Shown here piece by piece: positions 42,807 to 51,914 of a stretch of 64,000 nt of DNA. The notes under the pieces were generated by a model that saw only the letters and a list, made by a program, of their open reading frames with translations, had not been told where the DNA came from and ran no database searches. Position 1 is the first letter of the stretch; each line of letters starts with the position of its first letter. The DNA comes from an uncultured Gemmatimonadaceae bacterium (lineage in GTDB: Bacteria; Gemmatimonadota; Gemmatimonadetes; Gemmatimonadales; Gemmatimonadaceae). Location of the stretch: the NCBI GenBank assembly GCA_963829055.1, contig CAWHHI010000004.1:32001-96000 (forward strand), given 5' to 3'. Both the position numbers and the translations under genes were made by a program.

Positions 42807-42903
42807 TGTCATCCCGAGCGGCAGCGAGGGATCTTCGACCTCATCGTGGCTCGGCCAGCCACGAGATCCCTACAGAAGTCCGTCGCGGATGCTCGGGATG
42901 ACA
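42807..42903. repeat. REP-like nested palindrome, family B
   Basis: TGTCATCCCGAGCGGCAGCGAGGGATCTT..TCATCGTGGC..GCCACGAG..GCTCGGGATGACA; flanked by GGCGGA(A) and CCTCC tracts. Confidence 0.85.
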
Positions 42904-42934
42904 CCGGTTCCCGCCCTCCGACATCCGTCGCCTC

Positions 42935-43436
42935 CTCCACGTCTGATCGATCGCGAACTGGAACGGCGGGCTCTGGGCGATGCGGCCCGACGGATCGTCG
43001 ATCACGAAGTTCGGGATGAACACCGGTCCCGACGAAGTTGATCAGCTTCGATGTGTCGATGTCCGACGGGGCCGTGCCCGGACGGTAGACGTTCACGCGG
43101 TGAAACGGGTCGATCGCGAACTGCACCTGCCCGCCCGCGTCGATGACCACCGTGCGCGGTACCAGAAGGTCTTTCGCCTGCGACGAGTGGTCGTGTCCAG
43201 CCGCGGGGGCGAACGGCGAGCCGTGCTCGTTGATGCCGAACTGCACGAGCGGGATCTACTCTGATTCGCCGCGCTGGCTCCGGCTGCCCGAATCGTCGCA
43301 CGCCCGTAGGAGCCGGTGCCTCGGTGACGGCCGGCTCGTTGCACGCGGCCAGGAACAGGCTCCCCGCGACGATCGTGGTTGGGGCGAGCAGTGCTGCACC
43401 TGCGCGTGCGAGTTGTCGGCGGTAACGAGCGGCCAT
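42935..43436 (-). pseudogene. Frameshifted, apparently 3'-truncated lipoprotein (possibly cupredoxin-like)
   Basis: FLAAC lipobox; GSPF..GHDHS..AKDLLVPRTVVI..GGQVQF..FHRVNVY.PGT; IDDP.GRIA; the reading then runs into the repeat tract. Confidence 0.5.
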
Positions 43437-43529
43437 GGAAGTCTCCAGACGATTTGGATCGGGGATCGTCGTTCGCGGCGGCGCGGCGCATCGCTCAGGT
43501 CCAGCGTCACCTCGGTACCGGTACCATCG

Positions 43530-45146
43530 TTAGGCGCGCCGTACCGCTGGCGCGCTGACCGGCGGCCGCCGACCGAACCAGGGTCGTGCGACTTCGAGCT
43601 GCGACGCGAGCCGGAATAGCGTCGCCTCATCGCCCCACTGCGCGGCGAAGTGCATGCCGATCGGGAGCCCGGCGTCATTCCACACGAGCGGGACAGACAT
43701 TGCCGGCTGCCCCGTGACATTGAACAACGGCGGGCATGCGATCCACTCGAACACGCGCTTGGCGGCCTTCTCGAGCGCTCCGCCCAGTCGAAGGACTCCG
43801 CCCGCCCGCAGACGACCGAGCGCCTTGAGTGCGAGCACCTCGTGCGCGGGCGGCTGCAACGCCCCGGTGATGAACGGCGGCGTGGTCAGCGTCGGCGTGA
43901 CGAGCGCATCGATCTCGTAGCCGTCGAACCAGCGGCCAACCGAACGCGCCGTTCGCTCCAGATGCCGGCGCGCTTTTGCCATGTCCCCCGCGGTGTACGA
44001 CCGACCAAGCAGCGCGAGCGCCCATGTCGAGATCTCGACGTTCGCCGGCGATGCACGACGACCCGTGGCCGCCTCGGCATCGGCCAGATCGGCATCCGCC
44101 TGCGCGCAGACCATCAGCAGAAACGCGTGCAGAAACTCGTCGCGATCGAGCGGCGGCGAAGCCTCGACGACGGTGTGTCCGAGCGATTCCAGCAACGCGA
44201 CGGTGTCGCGCAACGCTGCCTTGCAGTCGTCGTCCATGTGCTCGCCCAGGAGCGGACGATCCGTGAACGCGATGCGCAGGCGACCCGGGTCGGCGCCGAC
44301 CTCCTCGAGGAACGGGCGAGCGGGAGCCGGCGTGATGTATGGCGCGCCCGCCTCGGGTCCGGAGACGGCGTCGAGCATCGCGGCACTGTCACGCACCGAA
44401 CGCGTGAGCACGTGCTCGATGACGGCGCCTTCCCACAGCTCGCCCTCTATGGGCCCCGTCGGCGTCCGACCGCGTGTGGGCTTGAGACCGAAAATGCCGC
44501 AGCACGATGCCGGAATACGGATCGACCCGCCGCCGTCTCCGCCGCCGGCCATGGGCACCATCCCCGCCGCAACAGCGGCAGCCGATCCACCGCTCGATCC
44601 ACCGCTCGTCCGGGTGGTGTCCCACGGGTTACGCGTGGGGCCGAACAGCTCCGGTTCCGTGAACGGCGTTAGGCCGAATTCCGGCGTGTTCGTCTTGCCG
44701 AGCACGATGACGCCGCTGCGGCGGTACCGACGGACCATCTCCGAGTCGTTCGGGGCGATATACCCATCGAGGATGCGGCTGCCGCTCCGGATGGGCGCGC
44801 CGGCGTACGATGACAGAAGGTCCTTGAGAAGGAACGGAACGCCGGCGAACGGGCCGTCACCCGGAGGTGCGTCGGCAGCCTGCAGCGCCTCGTCGTACAG
44901 CCGATGAATGACCGCGTTGAGCTGCGGGTTGATGGTGTCGATCCGCTCCATGGCGGTGACGACAAGCTCCCGCGGAGAGACATCTCCACGCCGCACGAGC
45001 TCGGCCAGCCCGAGCGCGTCGTACTGATCGTAATCCGCGAACGTACTCCCACTTCCGGTTGTCGGCGCGGTGCTGGCCAAGAGGACCCATCCGGTTCGGA
45101 TACCGAAAGATGCCGGTACATCCGAACGGTCGCCATGACGCCCCAT
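43530..45146 (-). CDS. Amidase signature-family enzyme
   Basis: [43 protein letters not shown]; true start probably downstream of 45146. Confidence 0.92.
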   Translation of the reverse strand: MGRHGDRSDVPASFGIRTGWVLLASTAPTTGSGSTFADYDQYDALGLAELVRRGDVSPRELVVTAMERIDTINPQLNAVIHRLYDEALQAADAPPGDGPFAGVPFLLKDLLSSYAGAPIRSGSRILDGYIAPNDSEMVRRYRRSGVIVLGKTNTPEFGLTPFTEPELFGPTRNPWDTTRTSGGSSGGSAAAVAAGMVPMAGGGDGGGSIRIPASCCGIFGLKPTRGRTPTGPIEGELWEGAVIEHVLTRSVRDSAAMLDAVSGPEAGAPYITPAPARPFLEEVGADPGRLRIAFTDRPLLGEHMDDDCKAALRDTVALLESLGHTVVEASPPLDRDEFLHAFLLMVCAQADADLADAEAATGRRASPANVEISTWALALLGRSYTAGDMAKARRHLERTARSVGRWFDGYEIDALVTPTLTTPPFITGALQPPAHEVLALKALGRLRAGGVLRLGGALEKAAKRVFEWIACPPLFNVTGQPAMSVPLVWNDAGLPIGMHFAAQWGDEATLFRLASQLEVARPWFGRRPPVSAPAVRRA

Positions 45147-45444
45147 CCGGCTCGTTTGGACGACCAGGGTGGCGTCAGCGGAAAACGTGTGACGAACCGG
45201 AGCCGGTATGGGTTTGGCGCGGTGAATCGAATACGAACACCGTACCAGCCTGGAGCCGAAGCGTGGTCTCGAGAACTCGAACGTCGGCTATCTTTTTCCG
45301 CAACGGGCGTTTGGGTGGCTGTGGCCGCTCCCGGATGCCCGCGGCAGGTTCCGCATGATGACCGCTCGTGATGCGCGGCAGCCGTCGGCCGAGGTGTCGA
45401 CACCGCCGTCACTTACGCTACTAGATGGGCGAAACGGACGCGGC

Positions 45445-45984
45445 ATGAGCACTATCGACATGTCGATCGTCCAGCGAGCGAAGCGCGGCGACCGTGCCGC
45501 ATTCTCTGCGCTGGTCGATTTCTACTACGCGCGCTGCCTACGCTTCGCGATCCACATGCTCGGCAATTCGCAGGACGCCGAGGAGGCGGTCCAGGACACC
45601 TTCGTGCGCGTGCACGGAGCCCTCAACCGCTACGATGAGTTCGACCGCTTCGAGTCGTGGCTGTTCCGCATACTCGCGAATCGCTGTCGAACCATGATGG
45701 GGCGTGAGGCACGCCGGTCGCGCGTGCTCGTGTACGGTGACCTGCCGCATGACCGCGGGACGCCCCCCGATGTGGACGCGATGGTATGGCGCGAAGAGAT
45801 CCAGACCGCGTTGGGTACACTACCCGCCGCGCAGCGGGAAGCATTCCTGCTGCGACACATCGAAGGACTCGAGTACGAGGAAATGGGACGGATCACTGGT
45901 GCCGGCGTGTCGGCGCTGAAGATGCGAGTCAAACGCGCCTGTGAGTTTCTGCGGATGCGTCTCGCGGAGGTGGAACGTGCGTGA
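45445..45984 (+). CDS. ECF RNA polymerase sigma factor
   Basis: DAEEAVQDTF, FESWLFRILAN, LPAAQREAFLL..EGLEYEEM...KMRVKRA. Confidence 0.92.
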   Translation: MSTIDMSIVQRAKRGDRAAFSALVDFYYARCLRFAIHMLGNSQDAEEAVQDTFVRVHGALNRYDEFDRFESWLFRILANRCRTMMGREARRSRVLVYGDLPHDRGTPPDVDAMVWREEIQTALGTLPAAQREAFLLRHIEGLEYEEMGRITGAGVSALKMRVKRACEFLRMRLAEVERA

Positions 45985-46684
45985 GGAACGAGACGAGATG
46001 ATCGACCGCATCGTGGATGAGTTGAAAACGCTGCCGGCGGTTCCGGCGGACGCGACGGCCCGCGTGCTCGCACGCGTGGACGCGGCGCGCCGCGAAGACG
46101 GGCCGGGCGCGTCGGCGACCGACGACGATGACGTGATCTATTTTCCGACGAACACGGAAGAGATGCGCGCCGTGCAGATGCCGGCGGGTGGATCGCGCGT
46201 CGGTGGCGGCTTGCGCCGCCGGTTCGTGGTATCGCTGCCAGCAGCGCTCGGCTACGCGTTGGCCGCGACGCTGGCGGGGTTCCTGATTCGCGGTGCGTTA
46301 CCGCGCAAGGCGACCGCTGTCGCGGTCGCGCCGAGCGCCCCCGTGGGTGAGACGTCAGGCGTCACGACTCCGCTCACTCGGGTGGCCGCCACGAAGCGCG
46401 ATCAGCAGGATGCGCCGGTTCCGGTGCAGTTCGTACTCGATGCGAAACGAGCCGCGAGTGTAGCGGTCGTGGGCGACTTCAACGCCTGGGACGGGACGGC
46501 GACGCCACTCGTAAAGGACTCCGTGAGTGGCGTATGGAGCGGTCTCGTGAAGGTGAACCCGGGCCGGCATGTCTATGCGTTCCTCGTGAACGGTCGTGAG
46601 TGGACGCTGGATCCACGAGCACCACGCACGAAGGACTCGGACTATGGCACCGAGCAGTCGGTCATGATCGTGGGGCTCCCATGA
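45977..46684 (+). CDS. Putative anti-sigma membrane protein with C-terminal CBM48/AMPK-type glycogen-binding domain
   Basis: Overlaps the sigma gene stop; one TM; VQFVL..ASVAVVGDFNAWD, PGRHVYAFLVNG.EW..DP.AP. Confidence 0.8.
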   Translation: MREERDEMIDRIVDELKTLPAVPADATARVLARVDAARREDGPGASATDDDDVIYFPTNTEEMRAVQMPAGGSRVGGGLRRRFVVSLPAALGYALAATLAGFLIRGALPRKATAVAVAPSAPVGETSGVTTPLTRVAATKRDQQDAPVPVQFVLDAKRAASVAVVGDFNAWDGTATPLVKDSVSGVWSGLVKVNPGRHVYAFLVNGREWTLDPRAPRTKDSDYGTEQSVMIVGLP

Positions 46685-47367
46685 CGGGTGCTCCCGTTAC
46701 AGGTGGCATGATGCGGGTTGCCCGTTGCGCGGTGCTGCTCGCGGCGACGGCAGTCGTCGCGTGGCCGGGGCAGGGCAGGGCGCAGGGTACCTCGGTCCCG
46801 CTCGACTCGGCCACCGCGGCGGTGATTGCGCCGATCATCGAACAGGCCAGGGCGGCGCGTCTACCCGTCGACCTGCTGTACGTGAAGGCGCGCGAAGGAC
46901 AGGTGCGTCGAGTGCCGCTTACGGCAATCGAATCCGCGGTCCGGGCGCTCGCACAACGGCTGTACGCAGCCAACGAGGCACTGGCGCCGAATCCCAGCGA
47001 GCAGGAGCTGCGGGCGGCGGCGGACGCGATGAAGGCGGGCGTGCCAGTCGAGACGCTCCGCGCCATGCGTAAGGCGGGCAGGGACGGGTCGCTCGCGGTG
47101 CCACTCGGCGTGTTGACGGAGCTCGTCGTGAGTGGCGTACCGGTCGAGAAGGCATCGATGCAGGTCGTCGACCTGTTGAACCACGGTGCGGTTCCGAAGA
47201 ACTTCATCGCGCTCAACGAGCGTGTGCAGCAGGACGTGTTGGCGGGCCGACGTCCGGAAGAGTCATTGGATTTGCGGTTAAAGGGTATCTTCCCCACTCT
47301 TCCTCAACCGGCACAAGCGACCGGCAATGGGTTCATCCAGTCTTCGACGCCCAAGCGCCCGCGCTGA
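46681..47367 (+). CDS. Secreted hypothetical helical protein
   Basis: ATGA overlap; signal peptide; KAREG, AGVP, VPLGVLTELV..GVP. Confidence 0.7.
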   Translation: MTGAPVTGGMMRVARCAVLLAATAVVAWPGQGRAQGTSVPLDSATAAVIAPIIEQARAARLPVDLLYVKAREGQVRRVPLTAIESAVRALAQRLYAANEALAPNPSEQELRAAADAMKAGVPVETLRAMRKAGRDGSLAVPLGVLTELVVSGVPVEKASMQVVDLLNHGAVPKNFIALNERVQQDVLAGRRPEESLDLRLKGIFPTLPQPAQATGNGFIQSSTPKRPR

Positions 47368-47415
47368 ACTCCTACCCAACCGCTGCACCACTCACGTGCA
47401 TCGCTAGGGTTCATC

Positions 47416-48559
47416 ATGTCGTTCGCCGTCTTTGCGGGCCTGGCCTGCGCGGAGACGGCGAATGCGCAATGGGCCCGGCAGACGACCTTCGATGTCGGCG
47501 CTATGCGCCTGACGAGAGACGACTTCGCTGACACTGGTGGCATCACCGCCGCCGCGCTGTGGGGTCGTTGGAGCGACCGCGTCTCCCTAATCGGGAGCGG
47601 CGCCGTCACGCGTATCGCTGACGGCCGTGCGACAGGCGTAGGCCTCGGCTCCGCGTCGTATAGCGTGCCGATTCGCCACGCGCGCATCGAGGCTGGCGGA
47701 ACCGGCACGATCCTCGGGACGAGCAATCAGGGCCCCACTTCGAGCTGGCTCGGATTCGCGCGGGCACACTGGCTCGGCAACCGATGGGGGACGTGGATCG
47801 GCGCGGGTGGTGGCGACGTGCATGTGAGCGCGACGACGTTCGGGGCGGGGACGGGAGAGCTCGGGACGTGGTTGCGGCGCGGCGATCAGCGCCTAACGCT
47901 GAGCGCGACCACTGTCCGCACCTCGCTCGTCTCGACGGTGATTTTCAGTGACGAGACGGTGCTTCGTGTGCGCGAACCAGTGCAGTACGCCGACGTTGCG
48001 CTGAGCGGTCACGGGGCGTGGCGTCGCTTCGAGGTCGATGCGGCCGCGATCACGCGTCACGCGTGGAAGGGTGAATTGGCGTCGACGCCGACCGGGGCGC
48101 TCAGTGTGGCGTGGTGGGCGACACCGTACGTCGCGGTCGCCGGTGCGCTCGGCCGCCAACTCTCGGATCCGCTGCGTGGTACGGCTCGGACTCGTTATGC
48201 GACGGTCGTGTTGCGCTTTTCGGCCGAGCGGCATGGGCCTGCGCCGGTGGTGCGTCCGCTACCGGCGGTGCCGGCGGGCGAGGCATCGCTGATCGCCGTA
48301 CCCGGTGGCGGAGGAAGAACGCTCGTGCAGGTGCGGGCTCCCGGCGCCGCTCGCGTGGATCTCATGGGCGACGTGACCGGCTGGGCGCCGCTCGCACTGG
48401 AGCGTCGCGGAGATCTGTGGGAGGCGCGCCTAACGATGGTCTCCCGGCTCGCATCACGTCGTGGTGCGTCTCGATGGCGGCGCCTGGGTCGCGCCGGCGA
48501 ACCTGGCTCGAATCGACGACGAATTGGGTGGGCGGGTCGGTCTGATTGTAATCCCCTAA
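47416..48559 (+). CDS. Secreted beta-rich (possible outer-membrane) protein with C-terminal CBM48-like domain, frameshift near 48445
   Basis: Amphipathic beta strands; APGAARVDLMGDVTGW; continues GSHHVVVRLDGGAWVAPANL..DDELGGRVGLIVIP* in another frame. Confidence 0.72.
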
Positions 48560-48612
48560 CGAGAGCGCAGGGGCGATCAGCGCGCATCACGTGCGCGTGC
48601 GCACGTGTGAAT

Positions 48613-48628
48613 GGTGACGTACATCACA
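48613..48628. promoter_or_regulatory. Possible CRP/FNR-family box GGTGA-N6-TCACA
   Basis: One mismatch to TGTGA-N6-TCACA, intergenic, ~170 bp upstream of the 48796 gene. Confidence 0.3.
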
Positions 48629-48795
48629 CACTGCGACAAATATCGGTCAAATTGCCGAAGAGCTCGCGGCATTGTGACCGATGTGGCCCCGATCCTGCTT
48701 CGCTCCCCCGATGGCCCAAGTTGTCGTTTCAACGACGCGCGATTTAGCGGTGGTCGGGCCGAGCTGCCGCGTGTCACCTGGAAGGAGTACTACAT

Positions 48796-49245
48796 ATGCA
48801 GAAACGCACTTTCCTCGCTGCTCTTGCCACGGCAGCCGCCGTTGCTGTCGTCACGCCATCGATCTCGCAGGCACAGGACACGACGCGCGCGACGTCCAAG
48901 GGCGAAGTCGCGTTGGCGCCAAGTTTCACGTCGCTCATGACCGCCATTAGCTCCACGTCCGCGAATACGGCCAAGCTCAAGGCGATGACCGATATCGCGG
49001 CCGCGAACGTGCAGCTCGTGAACGTCCAGGATCTACTCAAGGACAACAGCTCCGACTCGCTGACCGCCACGCTCAAGCAGAATGACGCCGACATTACGGC
49101 GCTCCGCACCACGTTAGGCACGAACACGGCCCTCACGGGTGTCCTGACGGCGAACACAACTCCGCTCACGGCGAACGACGTCGTAGCAGCCGATGTCACC
49201 GCGGACGGCAAGGTGGTCCTGTACTACTGGAAGAAGTCGTCGTAA
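48796..49245 (+). CDS. Small secreted Thr/Ala-rich hypothetical protein
   Basis: AAGGAG RBS, signal peptide, downstream terminator. Confidence 0.8.
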   Translation: MQKRTFLAALATAAAVAVVTPSISQAQDTTRATSKGEVALAPSFTSLMTAISSTSANTAKLKAMTDIAAANVQLVNVQDLLKDNSSDSLTATLKQNDADITALRTTLGTNTALTGVLTANTTPLTANDVVAADVTADGKVVLYYWKKSS

Positions 49246-49298
49246 GCACGGAGGAACGGGGAACCGGGAACGGGGAACCGAGCACTGAGCAATGACGG

Positions 49299-49331
49299 AC
49301 CCGGGGCGCTCACGAGCGCCCCGGGTTTCTT
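49299..49331 (+). terminator. Intrinsic terminator
   Basis: ACCCGGGGCGCTC-AC-GAGCGCCCCGGGT then TTCTT; preceded by GGGAAC(G/C) heptamers. Confidence 0.75.
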
Positions 49332-49345
49332 GTTCTCGACCATGG

Positions 49346-49474
49346 TGTCATCCCGAGCACCCGCATGTGTCATCCCGAGCGTCAGCGAGGGATCTCCCGT
49401 AATGTCATCGTGGCCGGCCGCGCCACGAGTACTTCACAGAAGATCCCTCGTCGCTGGCGCTCCTCGGGATGACA
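49346..49474. repeat. REP-like nested palindrome, family B
   Basis: Doubled TGTCATCCCGAGC..AGCGAGGGATCT..GTCATCGTGGC..GCCACGAGTAC..AGATCCCTCGTCGCTGGCGCTCCTCGGGATGACA. Confidence 0.9.
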
Positions 49475-49532
49475 CACCGCGACCAGCGACCAGCACGAGC
49501 GACCAGCCACCAGCGTCTGCGGTGGCGTGTGA

Positions 49533-49588
49533 CTTCTCTTGACATCCTACAGAAGCCATTGCATTCTCCTGTAGACAAACGACAGGAG
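49533..49588 (+). promoter_or_regulatory. Promoter region with tandem imperfect palindromes (putative PadR autoregulatory operators)
   Basis: CTTCTCTTGACATCCTACAGAAG (contains TTGACA) and CTCCTGTAGACAAACGACAGGAG (overlaps the RBS). Confidence 0.55.
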
Positions 49589-49593
49589 AGCGC

Positions 49594-49926
49594 GTGGCCG
49601 CGAATAATGCCGACGTCCTTCAGGGGACGCTCGATATGCTGGTCCTCAAAGCATTGTCCCTCGAGCCCATGCACGGGTGGGGCATCTCGCAGCGCATCCA
49701 GCAGATCTCCCGCGACGTCCTGCAGATCAACCAGGGCTCGCTCTATCCCGCGCTTCACCGCCTCGAGCGGCGTGCGTGGATCGAGGCGGACTGGGGCACC
49801 TCCGAGAACAACCGGCGCGCCAAGTACTACCGCCTGACGTCGCTCGGCCGAAAGCAGCTGGCCGAAGAGCGTGCCACCTGGCAACGGTTCACGCTCGCCG
49901 TCGAGCGCGTCCTCCAGACCACCTAG
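49594..49926 (+). CDS. PadR-family transcriptional regulator
   Basis: LQGTLDMLVLKAL, MHGWGI, GSLYPALHRLE, SENNRRAKYY. Confidence 0.93.
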   Translation: MAANNADVLQGTLDMLVLKALSLEPMHGWGISQRIQQISRDVLQINQGSLYPALHRLERRAWIEADWGTSENNRRAKYYRLTSLGRKQLAEERATWQRFTLAVERVLQTT

Positions 49927-49942
49927 CAACCACTCGGCGGCG

Positions 49943-51716
49943 TCATGGACGGACTCGCTCCACCCCCGACGCCGGTGGCATGCTCACGGCCGCCGGCGCT
50001 TCTGCGCAGCGGACGTACGTCTTGCCGACCCATTCCGTACCGGCCAGCGTGCGTAGGGCTGGCTGGTTCTTCGCTATGACGCGGCGCGCGGTCGCGGAAG
50101 CCGCGGTCCAACCGCGCCAATCCGTCGGAGCCGACGGCCCCCACGCCTCGAGCAGCTTGCGGGCGGCCCGACACCGCGCTGTGTAATCATTCCCCGACGC
50201 TGCGCGCGGGACCACTGGCGCCATCGACGCGTTAGGTGTGCTCGCACCCGGGGCCGACTGGGTCGGACGACGGCGACGCCCAGCCCGGCGGAGGCGTGAG
50301 CGGCTGACGGACGAGGTAGCTCACGAGCGCCGGCGCCGCGTCTGCGCCGAGCGACTCGATGTAGCGCACATCGAGATCCTTACCTCGATCGGCGCGCGCG
50401 ATGTTGGCGCGCGCCACGAGTCCCGCAGGATCCGCGACGTTGAGGGTGAAGAGCGTTCCCCATGCGGAGATGAGGACACCGGCCACGAATGGCTTGTCCC
50501 GCCCTCGTAGCACGGTGACTGAGAACCACACGAAGACGAGGGCGAGCCACGCCATGAACACGGTCGCGTCGAGTCGATCGGTGCTCAGGCCGTACACGGA
50601 TTGATACAGGCGCATCCGCGTGACGGCCGAGTACATGATGACCGCGAGTAGGACGAGGAGCGTCGTTGCAAGCCAGCGATAGACCTTCACGGCGCGCGGC
50701 GTATCGCGGCGCAGCAGCGCGTTCGCCGACAGCAACACCGGCAAGACGAGCGCGGAGACGGTCACGAGCTCGAAGAAGCCTCTCCGCGCATAATCGGCGT
50801 AGCCGAGGCCGGCGGTCTGCACGACGACCGCGTCGCCACCGAAGAAATAACGGAACTGCACCGCGACGAACGCTGCGAACAGCAGCACGAGCGAGCCTAA
50901 CGTGACCGACACCTCGGTGATCCCGAGCGCGCCGTCGGGGAAGGGAATCGTCGCCGGGGCTCGGCTACTCGAGAGCAGCGCCGAGCGCAGAAACCCGCCG
51001 ACGATCCAGGCGAAGAATCCGGTCAGGACGAGGTGTGTCGCGACCTCCCCAGCGTCGACGGCGAACACGTCGCCGACGATGCGTGCGAACACGGGATCGG
51101 CCGACGTGAACAGTCCGCCGAAGACGAGCAGCAGCGGAATGGCGAGGAGCGCCGTACGGAGGCCAGTTACGATGCGAGCGCTGCCATGGCCCGTGGTAAC
51201 GTCGCGGAGCGACACGTCGACGACCACCAGACGAGGCATCCCGAACGCGGTTCCCAATCCAACGCTGAACAGGCGCTGCGCAACGTCGCGGACGCGGCTC
51301 GTGAAGAGCGCCTGATCCGGGCTCGCCCGCACGGCGGACGCGAGCAGGCCGAGTGTGCCCACGAGCGCGAGCGCGTTGTATGCGGCGAGCGATTCGGACT
51401 GGCGCCACGCGAACAGCAGTGCGATCGCGACTGTCGGGGCCAGCAGCCATCGCGCTTCCGCCGGCATGGCATCGTGGCGGCGGCGCGCGAGCGTGATGAG
51501 CGCGAGGACCACAGCGACCGTCCAGACACTCATGTTCGCGCCCAGCGTAGACGACCGCATGATCGCGTCGCCGACGATACCGAGCAGGATGGCGTCGCCG
51601 AGGACGCGAGTGGCGAGGTGGCGGCGCTCGTCAGATACATCGAGTGACGTCGCGGCAGGGACGGCTGGCATGGCCGTGGGCGACAGTTCGGGGGTGGAGG
51701 ACGGGGTGGACGGCAT
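49943..51716 (-). CDS. DUF4153/DUF4173-family multi-pass membrane protein, probable frameshift near 50240
   Basis: FGGLFTSADPVF, VQFRYFFGG, YADYARRGFFEL, RMRLY..YGLS, LGADAAP; the tail DWRGWT lies in ORF 49943-50224. Confidence 0.82.
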
Positions 51717-51788
51717 GAGATGGCGGACGAGAGGGTCGGCTCGAGACGGGCTCCGATCATGAATACGCAAAATAGTATTCTATGACAA

Positions 51789-51809
51789 GTACTTCATAAT
51801 ATAAAGTAC
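51789..51809. promoter_or_regulatory. AT-rich operator-like inverted repeat GTACTT-N9-AAGTAC in a divergent promoter region
   Basis: GTACTTCATAATATAAAGTAC within a conspicuous AT-rich patch (51760-51810). Confidence 0.55.
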
Positions 51810-51914
51810 GTTCGGGTTCGTCTGTGCGCTTCGGCACATCGGCGCGCATCGTGGGCTTCCGTGTTGGCGCGCGGTTCCGCATTGTTGGTCGAGTCGTCGC
51901 GGATCGAGGTGCCC

